Positions 36,422 to 50,789 of a stretch of 64,000 bases of DNA are shown piece after piece (the stretch's first letter is position 1; the number at the start of each line of letters is the position of its first letter). The position numbers and the translations under genes are program-made. The notes below the pieces were generated by a model. It did not search any database. It saw nothing but the letters and a program-made list of their open reading frames with translations, and was not told where the DNA came from. Source of the stretch: Octopus sinensis. Its lineage: Eukaryota. Location of the stretch: positions 43,772,001-43,836,000 of the forward strand of contig NC_043002.1 of assembly GCF_006345805.1 (NCBI RefSeq), read 5' to 3'.

Positions 36422-39329
36422 GTAAGCAGAAATCTGATTGATCAAAAGTATCTTCTTGTCTCAATCTCTAATTTTCCGTCTATTCTTGTTGGAACCTTTG
36501 ATATGTAGTATCAAAATTTTAATCCCTTTCATATTTACAAAATGTCAAGCAAATGTTAAAATTCTGTTGTTACCGTTTCAGCTGGGAGACCAAACTGATA
36601 GTTTGGTAACCAGCTAACATAAATATTAAAAATTGAAAAGAGAAAATTAACAGCTTTGCAAGTTTAACTCACTGTTTATTGAGCATGAGAGGTGTGAAAT
36701 TTAAGAAGCAACTTGTTAGAATATACACGTCTGTGAGGAGACATAAGCAATTGCAAAAATCTACTATACCAAAAGAAATGGTAATACATACATTACAAGT
36801 GTTCTATGAAGAGAACAAAAGATTGCTGCATAATTCAACATGAATGTGAAACATTGTATAAGATAAATGAAGGTTTCTGTAGGAATGCTTAGTCATATTT
36901 ACTTAGTGAGTTTACATGTGCAAGGATGAATTATTATGCTGTTGTTGGTGTTAGATGCAGTAAAATATGGCCCAGACCGTGATTACCAGCATGATTGTCA
37001 GACTCCGAAAAGTAGTTCACTATTTAATGGTTTTAGTAAATTTGATACAGAAAAATTAAGCATTATGCTGTCCAGCATAAATAAAAGTCAACTTCATTAT
37101 ATTTTTTCTGTAAAAACTTATTCTGACATTAAATGAGTCAACTTCCAGTTCAAATGTTTACATTTGTATGCCAGTTTTTAACCAAAAAAAATTTCTAAAT
37201 AAATTCTGGAAACTCATGTAATTTATACACTCCCTAAAGTTTATTTTTGTCTTCTCAAAACAAGCGCATCAATATCATGGATTTTTAGTACTTTTTAACC
37301 AAGAAATTTTAATATAAATTGTAGAATTATTAGTAGAAAATATAGTAGAAAATGGGAAAATGGGAAGCAGATTGTCAACCCTCTAATTTGACAAATTCAG
37401 ATTCCACTAGTGTAAGTAACTATATGTTTCGGTCTCTGTAATTATACCTATCATTTCTTGCCTAAAGCAATGATGATGTGTGGTGGTAGTAATGCTTCTG
37501 ATTGTTCTTATTTCAGAATACTCCTAAAAGCAAAATTTTTATTTCATTTCCATGAATTATCTCCGAAAAACTTTCTTGTACATATGTCTGTCTTTGAATA
37601 TCCTCTGGGTTTATTGGATATTTTCTGGTGTTGACCTGTTTCAAAATTTCATACCACCTATAATGAAAATATGGAACTTAAGAAAAGAGCCAATGGGTAT
37701 GGGATAACTTAGAAAATTATTTGCTTCAACTTGTGATTTAAATAAACTTATTGATTTATCATTTATCTTTGCTGCCAGAATTAATATTAAAGAGTATAGG
37801 TCATGCACTTATCACCACATTAAACATTTGTCATTCAAACTTTTAGTTTGAGTGAAAGTTTGAATGTCATTGTATTTACATTAAATTCAATATATAGACT
37901 GTGTTTAGAGGCTATTAAATGTATATGACACATATTGATATAGGTTTTGATGATGGTATTTAGGGCAACTTAATTTGTTGAGAAGCACTATTGAAAGATA
38001 GGAAACCATTGTAAACTAGAATAAGATTACAAAACACAGATTCATCTTTAAGAGTACATTATTTAGCATGAAAATTATTTAGTATTTACTCTTTTACTTG
38101 TTTCAGTCATTTGACTGTGGCCATGCTGGAGCACTGCCTTTAGCCGAGCAAATCGACCCCAGGACTTATTCTTTGTAAGCCTAGTACTTATTCTATTGGT
38201 CTCTTTTGCTGAACCACTAAGTTACGGGGACGTAAACACACCAGCATCGGTTGTCAAGCGATGTTGGGGGGACAAACACAGACACACAAACATATACACG
38301 CACATACATATATACAACAGGCTTCTTTCAGTTTCCGTCTACCAAATCCACTCACAAGGCTTTGGTCGGCCTGAGGTTATAGTAGAAGACACTTGCCCAA
38401 GGTGCCATGGAGTGGGACTGAACCCGGAACCATGTGGTTTGTAAGCAAGCTACTTACCACACAGCCACGCCTACACCTATTTGCTGCAACTTTCTAAACA
38501 ATTATTGGAGATGCATGAATTACCTTTGGAGTAGCTGGTCTGTGTGGTTTGTGCTGGTAGTGTCTTAGTTTAAGTGTTGTCTCTGTGTCCATCCAATCAT
38601 CCAGCCATCTGGCTATCCTTCTGTTTGTCTTGCAATCTATCTGTTTTTTCTGTATTTTGTTATTGGGTTTTTATTTCATATAGTGACTCACACATCTCCT
38701 AATTTACGATAAAAATCCAGTTGTTTTATGTTTTACCAGCTTCGTGGACTGTTTCATATCTACCACCACTACTAGCAGAGATCTAAGTTTTTGGTCAATG
38801 CGGCATGAAGTGGTTTGTATTTATTGAAAGAAACCGAGCATACTGGTCACACAGAGGATTCACAATATCTCTATGGAGTGTTTCAAATTTGTGAACAAGG
38901 CCAATAATTTTAGCAGAGAGAATAAATTGATTACATCAATTACATAACTGGGGCTTAATTTTTTGATTCCAAAAGGATAAAAGGCAAAGCACCTTGATGG
39001 GATTTGAACTTAGAACATAAAGAAATGGAAGAAATACTAAGCATTTTGTCCAGCATGCTAATTATTCTGTCGGCTCAATGTTCTATCAGTGCAAATTAGC
39101 TGCTGTTCTTTCTACTAACTGCATCTGAATTGCATATATCCATTGTCTTCTAACTAGCTCCTAGAGACTGTGCAGTGGTTCAATGGGGGCCCCAACAAGG
39201 TCTCCCTCATCGGGGCAGTGCTCCTTCCATACATCTCTCCAGGTTTCCTTAATGTATAAGTTCTCTTTTGCTGATGTATAAATTAGTCTTCTTGGTTTTA
39301 GAGTTGAAATAGTGAGTAGCATCTTTTAT

Positions 39330-40200
39330 CTTTTATTTGTTTCAGTCATTAGACAGTGGCTATGCTGGGACATTCCTTAAAGGGTTCTAATTGAGCATTT
39401 TCATCTTAGTACTGTTTTGCAGTCTGGTGTTGGTCTCTTTTTGCCAAACCACTAAGTTACCAGGGTGGAAATAAGCCAATGCTTGTGAAGTGGGGGTACA
39501 TACATACTTATACTTAATAGGCTTCCATACAGTTTCCAACTTGTCTAGGCTTTGGTCAGCCCGGGGCTATAGTAGAAGACACTTTCTGAAGATGTTTCAC
39601 TCTTTGGACTGTGGCCATGCAGAGCACCATCTTAAAAGGTTTAAGGCTGGTACTTTTACCATCAGTTGCTTTTTGCCAAACCACTAAATTACAGGTATAT
39701 AAACAAACCAACACCAGTTGATTTGTTTACATTCATGTAAGCTAGTGGTTCAGCAAAAAGTGGCCAATAGAATAAGTATGCTGAGTTTCTTTCAGTTTCT
39801 CTCTACCAAATTTACTCTCAAGGCTGTGGTCAGCCTAGGGCTATAGTGGAAGACACTGAAGATGTTTCAGTCTTTGGACTGTGGCCATGCCAGGCACCAC
39901 CATAAATAGTTTAGGCCTAGTACTTTTACTGTTAGTCTCTTTTTGGCAAACCATTAAGTAGGTTACAGGGATGTAAACAAACCTACACCAGTTGTCAATC
40001 AATGTTGGTTTGTTTGCATCCTGCAACCTAGTGGTTTAGTAAAAAGTGACCAATAGAATTGTACGATGGGCTTCTTTTAGTTTCCATTTACCAAATTTAC
40101 TTTCAAGGCTTTGGTCAGCTCAGGGCTATAATGGAAGGCACTCGTCCAAGGTACTGTACAGTGGGACTGAAACCAACCCCCAACATATTTGGAAGCAACT
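39330..40200. repeat. Tandem array of about three rearranged SINE-A-derived units, period about 270 bp
   Basis: gatgtttca.tctttggactgtggccatgc at 39591 and 39861. gccaaaccactaa-like motifs at about 39446, 39675 and 39945. Confidence 0.7.
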
Positions 40201-41589
40201 TCTGTTGCCTGTCCATACTGGGGTACACTATTCAGCTATGCTGTTAGTTGTCAATCTAATCTGTATCCATCTACTTGTTTAGTTTCAGTTTCTTTCTGCC
40301 CCCTCATCTATGTTTCCTTCTCTTTATCCTCCTTTCCCTTTATTTATGACAATTTGTCAAACCTCCAGCCTTTTTATTCTTATCCATCTGGCCTGTATTT
40401 ATTTTTTTTTATACACTATGCAGTTTGTGTACAATTGTGTTCCTGGTCTGTTATAAATTTCTATTTGACCAATCGTTGGCTGAATGCTTTTGTGGTGATA
40501 AGTGACAATGAAATGGTTGTACAACTTGAGCATAAAAAATACCTCAAAGTATATTTATTATATTTTGGTCAGCCATATCAATTTTCTAATCAGTGTGTAT
40601 ATCACTTTTATTGATACAGATATACGTCCCTCCCTCCATCCCACTCTCCTTTTCTTTCCCTCTCCCTTTCTGCACACACACACACATGCAATGAGTGTCA
40701 GCACGGTTTTCATCTACTAAATTCCAGTCACAAGGCATTGGTCAACCTAAGGCTATGAGAAAAAAACACTTGTTCAGAGTGTTGCACGATGAGATTTAAT
40801 CTGGAACCATAAGTGCAAAGTGAAGAAGCAGTTAATCAGTTGTAGTTAGCTAGCTTTAGCTTGGTCTTTACAGTTTTACATTTTCTATTCTGAGATTGGA
40901 GATTAAAAACTTAGATCTGGAGGGTTTTTCCGTCACCTTCTCTCTCTCTCTTCTACTCTCCCCCTCTCTTGAACATTCTCTCATACAAGCCTTAATTTTT
41001 AAAGGATGAGATTTGAATTAATTCAGAATAGAGGGACTTCATTTTGTAACCATTGAATGAATTTAAGAATGATCTTAATTAAACAGCGACTTGTTGATAC
41101 ATTGCAGTGGTTCCTTATCTTTTCTATACTTCACACCCCTCTGAAGTGTTTGATTAATTTTCATACCTCTTCCAAAACTAATATCACATTTTAAGATAAA
41201 AATGTCAGTTTTCTAATAACTAATTGAATCACACACAGTGCTATGGGTGAACAAATAGAACTTGAAAAATAATCTTTTGATTGTGTATAAAATGCAAATG
41301 TAAATTGAGTAATTAGTAATAATAAAAAAAAACCCCGAAATCAATCACAGTTGTGAACATGGAATTCAATGACTTCTTTGTTCTTGCTTTTTCATTCATC
41401 ACTTTTATGAAGATGTTGAATTTTTTTGTTGATTATGATCTACAGGTTTACTTGTGGATTCAGTTGATTCCTATATTTTATCTTGACAAAAGAGAGCTGA
41501 ATCCAGATTCATATAAGTATGTTATTGCAAATGGAATGAAGACACAGTTCTTAGTCTCTTAAGAGTTCAATCTGAAAATATACTGAGTT

Positions 41590-42350
41590 TTGTGTTAAAT
41601 TCACTCATTTATATATATTTTTACTATTTATTTTAATCCCTAATTTTCATCAATAATTTCAAAAGATCAGTCAATAATATGTTTTCCTTCATTGTTCATG
41701 ATTTCTTGCCAACATTCCACTTGCTTGTCAATACCTTGACAGTATAAATCACCAGGTCTTGACTTGAAGAATTCATCAACCCTAATCCTGTCATTCTTGA
41801 AGGAAATGCCTCACAGACTGTTGGATAGAGACCAAAAAAGTTTGATGTCTGCAAATGCTATATCAGGAGAATACAGTGGGTGCAGTAAAATGTCTCACCT
41901 GAGCTCTTGAATAAGATTTTTAATCAAATTAGTGATATGGGAGCTAAAGTTTGTCTCGTTCATTCAGAGTAAGTGCAGCCTATGCATTGAGTTACCTCAA
42001 TTGGCACCTATCCATTGAGTGAAGGTGATGAATGATGTTATCATGAGAACATACCATATAATGGGCTGATTCTCTACAGGAATGGCATGAATCCTGTGGA
42101 TGAGCTCATTCAATTGATTTTCATTGAACTGAACTGGTCTGCTGGAATGCAGAGTCTGTAAGGTCAAATATCCCCTCTTTTAGGCCTGAGAACAATTTCT
42201 GTACAGTCCTTTCAGTAAAAATGCCTTCTCCATACACAGCACAAATGTCTCAAGTAGCTTTGGCAACTTTTGAATCTTGATTGAAAGCAAAAAGAAGCAA
42301 GTGTTGAAAATGTTCATTTGGCATTCAGACTATTTTGGGACAGTTTTTCC
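41590..42350 (-). mobile_element. Decayed mariner (Mos1/Hsmar-like) transposase remnant
   Basis: Minus strand HPLYSPDIAFADIKLFWSLSNSL...FFKSRPGDLYCQGIDK...WQEIMNNEG. Confidence 0.75.
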
Positions 42351-42566
42351 TTCCATCCCTGTTATTAAGGGTGGGTTATAGAATAAGCTCCAGTAATATA
42401 ATGAAATGAATGTAACCAATTATATCCACTTACTCTAAAAATTATGTCCTGTACCTGGTCAATTGAAGCTTTTAAATGCTATTCATTCTCAAAACGAAAT
42501 GGAAAATTGTTTGTTATTTTACTTAATCTAGATGATTTTTGACAATATTATTTTTGTCTGTTTCAG

Positions 42567-42615
42567 GACAAAGAAAGCAAAATGAAGTTCTTGCAGAAAG
42601 CAATTGATATTGTTT
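42567..42615 (+). CDS. TRAF3IP1: TRAF3IP1/IFT54 internal coding exon (CH domain), DKESKMKFLQKAIDIV+1 nt
   Basis: tttcag|gac...gtt t|gtaagt, 49 nt. The peptide matches the conserved MIP-T3 segment DKDAKISFLQKAIDVV and joins in frame to the 45088 exon. Confidence 0.9.
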
Positions 42616-42690
42616 GTAAGTGTTAACTTCCACATATGTCCTATTATAATTTAATATGGACTGGAAGTTTAACTTTTATTTATTTGAAAG

Positions 42691-42732
<42 letters not shown>

Positions 42733-43382
42733 TGTCACTCATAAGTGCTGCTGATAACATGTAAACCTGTACAACCTATTGCATGGCGGGACCATTGGTA
42801 ACTAACCTGACAACATCGCCAAGCCTCTTTAGTGAGTAGAGTTGTTTTGGGATACCCTATGGGATGTAAAACAAGGCCCACCAAATGGCTGATGAACTCA
42901 GAAGAGTCAATGATCATCCAGTTACATGATTGTGTGTATGTGTGTGTGCACGCGCACCCGGGCTTTTCTGGCTTTCTACTCAGTTGCACACATAGTCTAC
43001 CAGTGTGGGTTGGACTCTGTGAGGGTAGTCTAACAACCATATATATATATATATATATATATATCATGTGATCACGTGACCGACCAGGCTATCAGATGTT
43101 GCTACACATGCTGGTCACAATGCTCTTCGCATTGTTTTAGCCTTCAAATGATGCCACCTCGCTGGCTAAGCAAGCAGGCCAACAGAAGAAAGAGAGAAAG
43201 TTGTGGTGAAAGAGTACAGCAAGGATCGCCACCCTCTGCTGGAGCCTCATGGAGCTTTAGATGTTTTTGCTCAATAAACACTCACAACACCCAGTATGGG
43301 AATCGAAACCGCGATCCTACGACCGCGAGTCCGCTGTTCTAACCACCAGGCCATTGCACCTCCACATATATATATATATGTG

Positions 43383-43414
<32 letters not shown>

Positions 43415-43789
43415 AATGGGTGCTGTCATAAGGTCATAGGCTCAGCTTCTGGTCTTGATGATGCATTGTAAGTAACCTTGAGCAACACATTTCATTTTAC
43501 AGTGCTCCAGTCCAGTACAAAATGAACAACAACAACAGCTCGGTGGTTAGCATTGTAACAGGCTGGCTTCACTGATGCTCTGAAGAACGACACAGAAATC
43601 TTGCAATGAAAAGTTGCTGATTGAGGAGAATGAATGAGAGAGTAGACCCAAACGGAAGGACCAGATATTGAAATTGAAAGCTATAATATTGCCAATGTGT
43701 AATATAATAGCAGTGCTAATTTTGGGGTGCGGAAAATAATTTTTGAGATGTATTTGTGTCAAATATAGTCAACCTTGTGGTACAGGGCA

Positions 43790-44860
43790 GTATCAGACAT
43801 AATGTCTGTATCATCATTAACTGTTACCAAAGCGAAAGAACATGCTCCAAAAAGAAGTAATAACAGAAGCTTCAAACTTATGGACCAATGGACCATATTA
43901 GAAAGAGTTGTAATCACAACTGATTAGGAAATATATTTAGCTTTTATGAGATGTTGTTCAAGCCTGTGCCAGAATGGAGAATCTCTGTTCTACTCTTTCT
44001 AATAGTACAACTACATGAGAAGCTCTCAGCTAAGAGTGCAGATTACTATTTGTAACGTTGATTAATATGGAGAAAGCTTTTGACAGGTTTCATTCTGTGT
44101 TGTCTAGTAGTTGCTGCCAAAACTAGATATAGAGGAATGGGTGTGAAAGCCTTGAAGCCATGTACTGATAAGTTACCAGTAAGGTGAATGGTAGTAATGA
44201 ATTAAGGGAAGAATTTAGCATGCTGAGAGTTACTCATCAACATTTAGTTTCCTGCTACCTCTTGTTACAATGGTTCTTCAGATCAGATAAAGATTTGTCT
44301 GTAGCAAGTTTTGCAATCTGATGATCTAGTTCTTATAGCTGAATCTGTTGAAAATTTTGAGAAATTCCAAATATGGAATTAAAACCTAGAAGTAAGAGAC
44401 TTCAATACTTAATAAAGACAAAATTTTTAATTTACAGGAAAGAAAACAGAACTTTACTGCCATTTGAGTAGTGACTGTGTTCAATATGCAGAAAAGGATT
44501 AGGTAGGAATTTCAATTGCTGCATTCACTGTTAACTATGATTACACAAGAGATGATATGGAATTACAAGCAGGCTGACAGAGAAAGAAAACTCCTTTTAC
44601 TGTGGGTATGCTAAAGTAGTTAACAGTAAGAGCATCCTCAAATTTGCTTCTTTTAAGTGCTCTGAAGGCTTCCTAGATGTAGCTGATAATTTCTTTTACC
44701 TTGCTGACCTTAGAAATAGTGGCAATATATTTTCTGTGTGCATAGTATTGAGAGTAGGAAAAGTATAAGGTGCTATTACCTTTCCCTTCTACAAAGATAT
44801 AAACAGTCTGTCTGTCTCTCTCTCTCTCTGATGGACAGATTATATGTTGCTTTCATACGT
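43790..44860 (+). mobile_element. Decayed RTE-clade LINE RT fragment
   Basis: INMEKAFDR at about 44061 and DDLVLIAES at about 44320, with many stops and frameshifts. Confidence 0.7.
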
Positions 44861-45087
44861 AGTGCAATGTTGCATGCAGTGATTTGTAATGATTGAATGC
44901 AGAGAATATGCAACTAATGAAAAGGAATGTTAGCGAGATACTGTGCTGGAGAGAACATGTCCAATCTATGCAAACATAGAAAAATGGATGTAAAAACGAT
45001 GAGGATGTTGATGTTGTATTGGTTTTCAATAAAATACAATTTGCTGTATGAAGTCGCTTGCTAACAGTTCCTTAATTTTTGATTTAG

Positions 45088-45200
45088 CATTAGTTACTGA
45101 AAAGCAATTAGCTGTGAGGCCATCCAAAGTTGTTGCTGGACATGAACCAGACAAAACCAACGAATTCCTGCAGGCGTTAGCTGAGGCTATAAAAAAACAA
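45088..45200 (+). CDS. TRAF3IP1: TRAF3IP1/IFT54 coding exon, (S)LVTEKQLAVRPSKVVAGHEPDKTNEFLQALAEAIKKQ
   Basis: tttag|ca...caa|gtaaga, 113 nt, phase 1 to phase 0. Contains the diagnostic IFT54 motif (K/R)PxxIVAGHEPExTNELLQ. Confidence 0.95.
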
Positions 45201-46636
45201 GTAAGAATATAATATTTTACTCAGTTGTATGTTTACATTTACTTCATTATTAGATATTTTTCTCTAATATTTAATGTTCTTATTAACAGATGATGAATAG
45301 GTCTTATGGTTGTGAATTAAACTAGAGAGATGAAAGCCAGTTCTCATGACCCTTTCAGAGCTTCTGTGATTGGTAGGTGAGGAAAAGAAGAATTTCTCTT
45401 CACACTGGTGGCTTGATCTATCGGTGGTCCCTCTTACAAGTTTCCGCACTGTTTCCATTTACCCAGTTTCATTTTAAAGGCTTTGGTAAATCCAGGCCGA
45501 TTGTAGAAGGCACTTGTCCAAAGTGTTACTTGGTGTGATTGAACTCAAAACCACATTACTGGGATGCAAACTTCTTAAGCATGAAGCCTGCAATCACAAG
45601 ACCATAATTTTTACAGTGCATTTTGTATAAATTGTATGCATATATACATCTCTGATGAAGTCTCAGTCCAATTTTAGTTTCATAAATTGCATGACATCTG
45701 AGATACAGATTTTCTTTACACAAGCACCTAGAAGTTTGTGGCACACCAATATCCAAAGGTTCTTTGAAAGGCTTCTTATTTAGTAACACATATACGTTTA
45801 ATGAAGGCACATGGCCTAGTGATTATGGTGTTGTACTCATGATTGCATGATTGTGGTTTCAATCCCCAGACTAGGTTGTGCATTGTGTTCTTCATCAAGA
45901 AAACCACTTCATTTCATAGTGTTTTACTCCACTCAGCTTTAAATGAGTAATCCTGTGATGGACTGGTCCGGTTCATGGAAAATAAGATCTTGGTTGCTTA
46001 TACGTCACAGAAATTGGGTAAGTGGCTCTATAAGTCCTATGTTTCAGGATTATATTGTCTAGAAAACTTATTCTTTTTACATACATACAGTATTCCTTGA
46101 CGGTGTACTTGACATTCTCTTAATACCTCTTAAAGATAGATTTTTCTTTCTCTGATGGTACCTGAGCATGTATTAACATTTACAAGATGCATTTTCTCTA
46201 TATACATAGTTAAAATGTCATTTCCAGTTTATGTTTAAATTTATTTCAGTCCTTTTAATTTGTCATGTTGAGCATAATGTATTGTTTAACCAATGAAAAG
46301 CTGTCAAAAGCACAGATAGGCAAACTAGGCTATCCTCTATGGTATTAGCCTAATTTATGACTATTTTATATAGAAGCTGAATTCACTTCTGTTGAGTGGA
46401 GAGGGAAATTATGTCTTCTCTGAGAAGCAGTCAATTATCTGTAAAACAGTCTGCCTGTAGACTTCCTTGCATTTTTCTTATATTTCTCTCAACCATGTTT
46501 TCTAATATTAAAATTTTTTCAAGTCCTTCTGAGTCACTCTGTTTTATGCCTAATATGTGTGTGTATGTGTGTGTAGATCTATGTGTATGCATACTTATAT
46601 ATATTCTTTTTAACTTTTATTTCTCTTTTACTTTAG

Positions 46637-46762
46637 GTTGATAATGATGTGTATGTACAGCGTGTATTGAAAGGAGCTGATGGATCCAAGAGGCAAGAAT
46701 CCAATAAAGAAAAAGAAAAGTCAAAGGAGAAATCAAAGGAGAGAAGACAACCAGAAAATGAA
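46637..46762 (+). CDS. TRAF3IP1: TRAF3IP1/IFT54 coding exon, VDNDVYVQRVLKGADGSKRQESNKEKEKSKEKSKERRQPENE
   Basis: ctttag|gtt...gaa|gtaaat, 126 nt, phase 0-0. The start resembles the end of the CH domain (SDDAVRRVLAG), followed by the charged linker. Confidence 0.88.
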
Positions 46763-47150
46763 GTAAATTATTTACAAAATATTTCAGCACTGAATAATTG
46801 CATTCAAAAATTTGAAAAGGAAGAATTTTAACTGAATTCTATGAGCTATTACAAATTTCCTCTTGGTTTCTGTTGAACTAATGGAAGGTAGCTTGTATCT
46901 GTCCAAGTCATTGATTATTATTACTATAAGGTGTTGAATGGCACGAATAATATGAGCTAATCTCTGTTTTCACATTTATGCATTATATATTTTATCCAGT
47001 GAGTTGTTAGTAAAATGTGTTCCTATTTTACCCTACTTCTCAAGAGCATGTGTCAGATTGATTTCAGAATTACCAAAATATTGTTGGCATTGCACTCAGT
47101 TTGATTATTAAATAGATAGGTTTTGATTTGTTTGCAGTGTATTACTTTAA

Positions 47151-47369
47151 CCCTTTAGCACTTAAACCAGTTGCATCTAGACAAAATATTTTTCTTTTCC
47201 ATGTTTAGATTGGCCAAATTTATCCTTTTATGCTTACCCGACAATGTTAATCTAAAAACAACCAATCACATCATTGAAATCTCAAAGCTGCAAGATAGTA
47301 CATGATTAATTCAAAATAATGTGAATAAATAAGCATTACATTTGACAGAATAATCTGAATGCTAAAGGG
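47151..47369. mobile_element. piggyBac-type MITE
   Basis: TTAA|ccctttagca...tgctaaaggg|TTAA. The same family occurs at 48103-48319, with a partial inverted copy at about 18524-18700. Confidence 0.88.
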
Positions 47370-48102
47370 TTAATCCTTTGTCCAAAGCTTTTTAATAAGT
47401 TTGTCCTAAACATTCATGGGCAAGTGTCCTCTACTATAGTCTTGGGCTGACCAAAACCTTGTGAGTGGATTTGGTTGATGGAAACTAAAAGAAGCTTGTC
47501 AAGTGTATATGTATATATCTGTGTGCGTGTATCATAGTGTTTGTCCCCCTCATCACCACTTGATATCCCCTGTCTGTGTCCCTTCATCACTACTTGACAA
47601 CCAGTATGAGTGTGTCTGTACCCCCCCTCCTGTAACTTAACAGTTCAGCAAAAGAGTCTGATACAAAAAGTACCACTTCTTAATAAAAAAAAAACAGAAG
47701 TACTGGGGTTGATTCATTCAACTAAGAATTCAAGGTGGTACCCCAGCATGGCTGCAGTTTAGTGACTAAAATAAGTGAAACAAAAGATGAAGGTGATATA
47801 AACTTTTCCTTTTCTAAGTCCCAAGTTGCGCTGGTGGTTGAGAAAATTTGGGAATGTGTAAAAGTATGCTGCATGGATGCCAAGAAAATTTGCCCTGTAT
47901 ATCACGCGTGAAACACAGGATGGGCAAAGGTTTAAATTTGTGTTTGAGAAAATAAATCTTTACTGCAATGTAAAACAAATTTTGATTTTGCCATATTTTT
48001 AATTCAAATAATTATTCTTGAATAATGATGCTAGTCACACAAAATTATAATACTTCATTGAAACACTGAGAACATCATATGGTACCAGCATGGCTGTATT
48101 AA

Positions 48103-48319
48103 CGCTTTAGCATTCAAATTGGCCATATCCAGTCTAAGTATTCTATCTGTTTTCTGTTCAAACCAGCCAGATGTAGCCTCTCACACCAACCCTACAATGT
48201 CCTAAAATTAAGCAATCACATCATGAAAATCTCAAAGCTACAAGATAAATCATGATTAATTCAAAATAATGTGAATAAATAAGCTTTACATTAAACTGAG
48301 TAATCTAAATGTTAAAGGG
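48103..48319. mobile_element. piggyBac-type MITE inserted in a SINE A head
   Basis: TTAA|cgctttagca...tgttaaaggg|TTAA, alignable with 47151-47369. Confidence 0.85.
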
Positions 48320-49355
48320 TTAAGAGGTTTGCTTCGCTAATTCATGGTTCTGGGTTCAGCCCCACTGCATGGAACCTTGGACAAGTGATAAATGTCGACC
48401 AAAGCCTTGTGAGTGTATTTGGTAAACAGAAACTGAAAGAAGCTCATCAAATTTATGCGTGTGTCTGTCTGTATGTTGTTTATTTTTATGTTTCCTGGTT
48501 TTGACATTAAATGATAGTTAAAAAATGGTTATCATTTTCATACAAGCAGTGTCATTTATTTCCAATATTCTGCAAGAACACATCTAGTTATGAGGGAAAT
48601 ATTTTGGTGTAGAAAATCTGCTTCCAAACCATACAAGTATGTAAAAGTGAACATTATAATGATGGTATTGTCAGGTTGTTGCTTTGTTTTGAATTAATGT
48701 TCTTCTGAGGTATAATCTATTCTGTTATTTCAGAAGCAAAACTTTTGTCCTTCAAAATTAAAACACAGATGTGTGTGCATGCACATACACATACACACGC
48801 TCTGTCCATTGTTCTTATCTTTCCATAATCCTTTAACATACAAATTAGCCAAGTCTGGTTACCATAAAGATAATGTTATTTGTCCGACCTTGTTGACACG
48901 TAAATATAAAGTAAATCCTGATTACATTAGGAGTTACCTGGCTATTAGAAGTCATCTCTTGGTTTCTTTGAAATAGTGTAAGGTTGTTTAAGGCATTGAC
49001 TATCCCTAATGCATTATCTTCTTTGCAGAACAAAGGGAGATGTGTTTAGTTTTTGACAAGCAACTGAGTATGGACACCAGTATGAGCTAATCTTAATAAA
49101 GTTAATGAAAAATTGTATTACTGTGTTCCTACCTCTCTTCAGCATTTGTTAGTTTGGCTTCAGAATTTTCCAAATATTGTTTCTAATCTTGTAATTTCAG
49201 TATTGTTATAGGAATACATCATTGTATTTAATGTGAGCTATATCATGAATGCTACAAAATTAAGGAGTTAATGTTCAATATTAAATGATGTTGAAATTTT
49301 TATCCATAATTGAGATGTGAGTGGACTTAGTAGATGGAAACTAAAAGAAGCCCAT

Positions 49356-49440
<85 letters not shown>

Positions 49441-50072
49441 GAAACACTCCTGTCACAACCTGGCACCTTGAAGACTGCTATAATGTAAGAAAGTATACTA
49501 GTCCCTTAATATTTTATATTCAATATTTCATCTATTCAATAAGACAATCAATACTTCATTTCATTTTACTATATATATATTATTTATACTATATATTCTA
49601 TATTCTACATTAATATTATAAAGAATATAAATAAAACATAAAAAACAGAGTTGGAATTTTTTTGAATAATATATATCCCTCTATACACAATCATACAAAC
49701 CCCTTATATATATATCATTCCTATTATGCAAAAGTGTTGTAAGTCCAAAACGTTGCTTTTACAGAAAGCAAAATGTAGTTTCACCATTCCAAAGCAAAAC
49801 CGTTGTACTACACTTTGACAATATTTTTATATCTTGGCATCTGAAGCAGCTGGAGATAGGATAGTTTAACCAAAAAAATCAGCTATTGCAAGTCAAGCAA
49901 AAATAGACATTGAAAAAAACCACATTGACTGAATCTGGACATATGACAGTTTAACATAATAGCAATGAAGAAAATCTACCTTAACAAACTCCATTTGACA
50001 GATTCAAACATGTAAAAACAGAATGGATGTTAAATGAAGATGATAAATTGACATATGTTTAATTTTTTCCAG

Positions 50073-50366
50073 GAGCAACCTAAATCAAAGGAAAAAGGAT
50101 CAAAGGAAAATAATTCCAGAAGTGATCGACATAAAAGTCAGTCTGAAAATGAAATTAAAACCGATGAAAAACGGAGTAAAACAGAAAAGCGGAATAGGAA
50201 AAGTGAGCAAAAATCAAGAAGTAAAGGTGAGGAGAAAGACAGCCAACAGAATAAAATTGAAGAGAAAGAAAGACAACGAAACAATGAAAGAGAAAGACAC
50301 CAAGCTAAAGATGAAGAGAAACCAAAGGAAAAACAGTCCGGTGACAAAGAGAAGTCCTCTAAAAAA
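50073..50366 (+). CDS. TRAF3IP1: TRAF3IP1/IFT54 coding exon, charged linker EQPKSKEKGS...DKEKSSKK
   Basis: ttttccag|gag...aaa|gtaagt, 294 nt, open, phase 0-0. K/E/R/S-rich composition typical of the MIP-T3 linker. Confidence 0.88.
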
Positions 50367-50789
50367 GTAAGTTAAAACTTTACATATATTTAGAACATAA
50401 AAAGTTTTGAAACAGCTTCTTTTCTACTCTAGGTACAAAGCCTGAAATTTTGGGGGGCAGGGCCAGTCCATTAGATCAAACCAAGTATGCCACAGGTACT
50501 TAATTTATCGACCCTGAAAGCAGAATTTGAACTCAATTTAAAGACAGATGAAATACTGCTAAGCATTTCGCTCAGCATGCTAACGATTCTGCCAGCTCTC
50601 CACCTTTTTTTGGAACAGTTTTGAAACAGATTGGCATTTGACTGAAGCAGGCATGTCATGCAATATGGTTAAGAAGTTTGCTTTGGAAGCATATAGTTTA
50701 GAGTTCAATGATGGCTGGTGACATCTGCTGTAGTAAAATTTGGTTGAGAGAAACTGGAAGAGGACCATCACTTGAATGTGTGTGTGTGT

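Noticed and set aside
40189-40614. 141-aa ORF
   Set aside because: It starts in SINE sequence, has T-rich biased composition, and lacks splice or homology support.
50122-50370. Overlapping alternative-frame and antisense ORFs over the charged exon
   Set aside because: They are by-products of low-complexity codon usage. Only the EQPKSK frame fits the splice phases.
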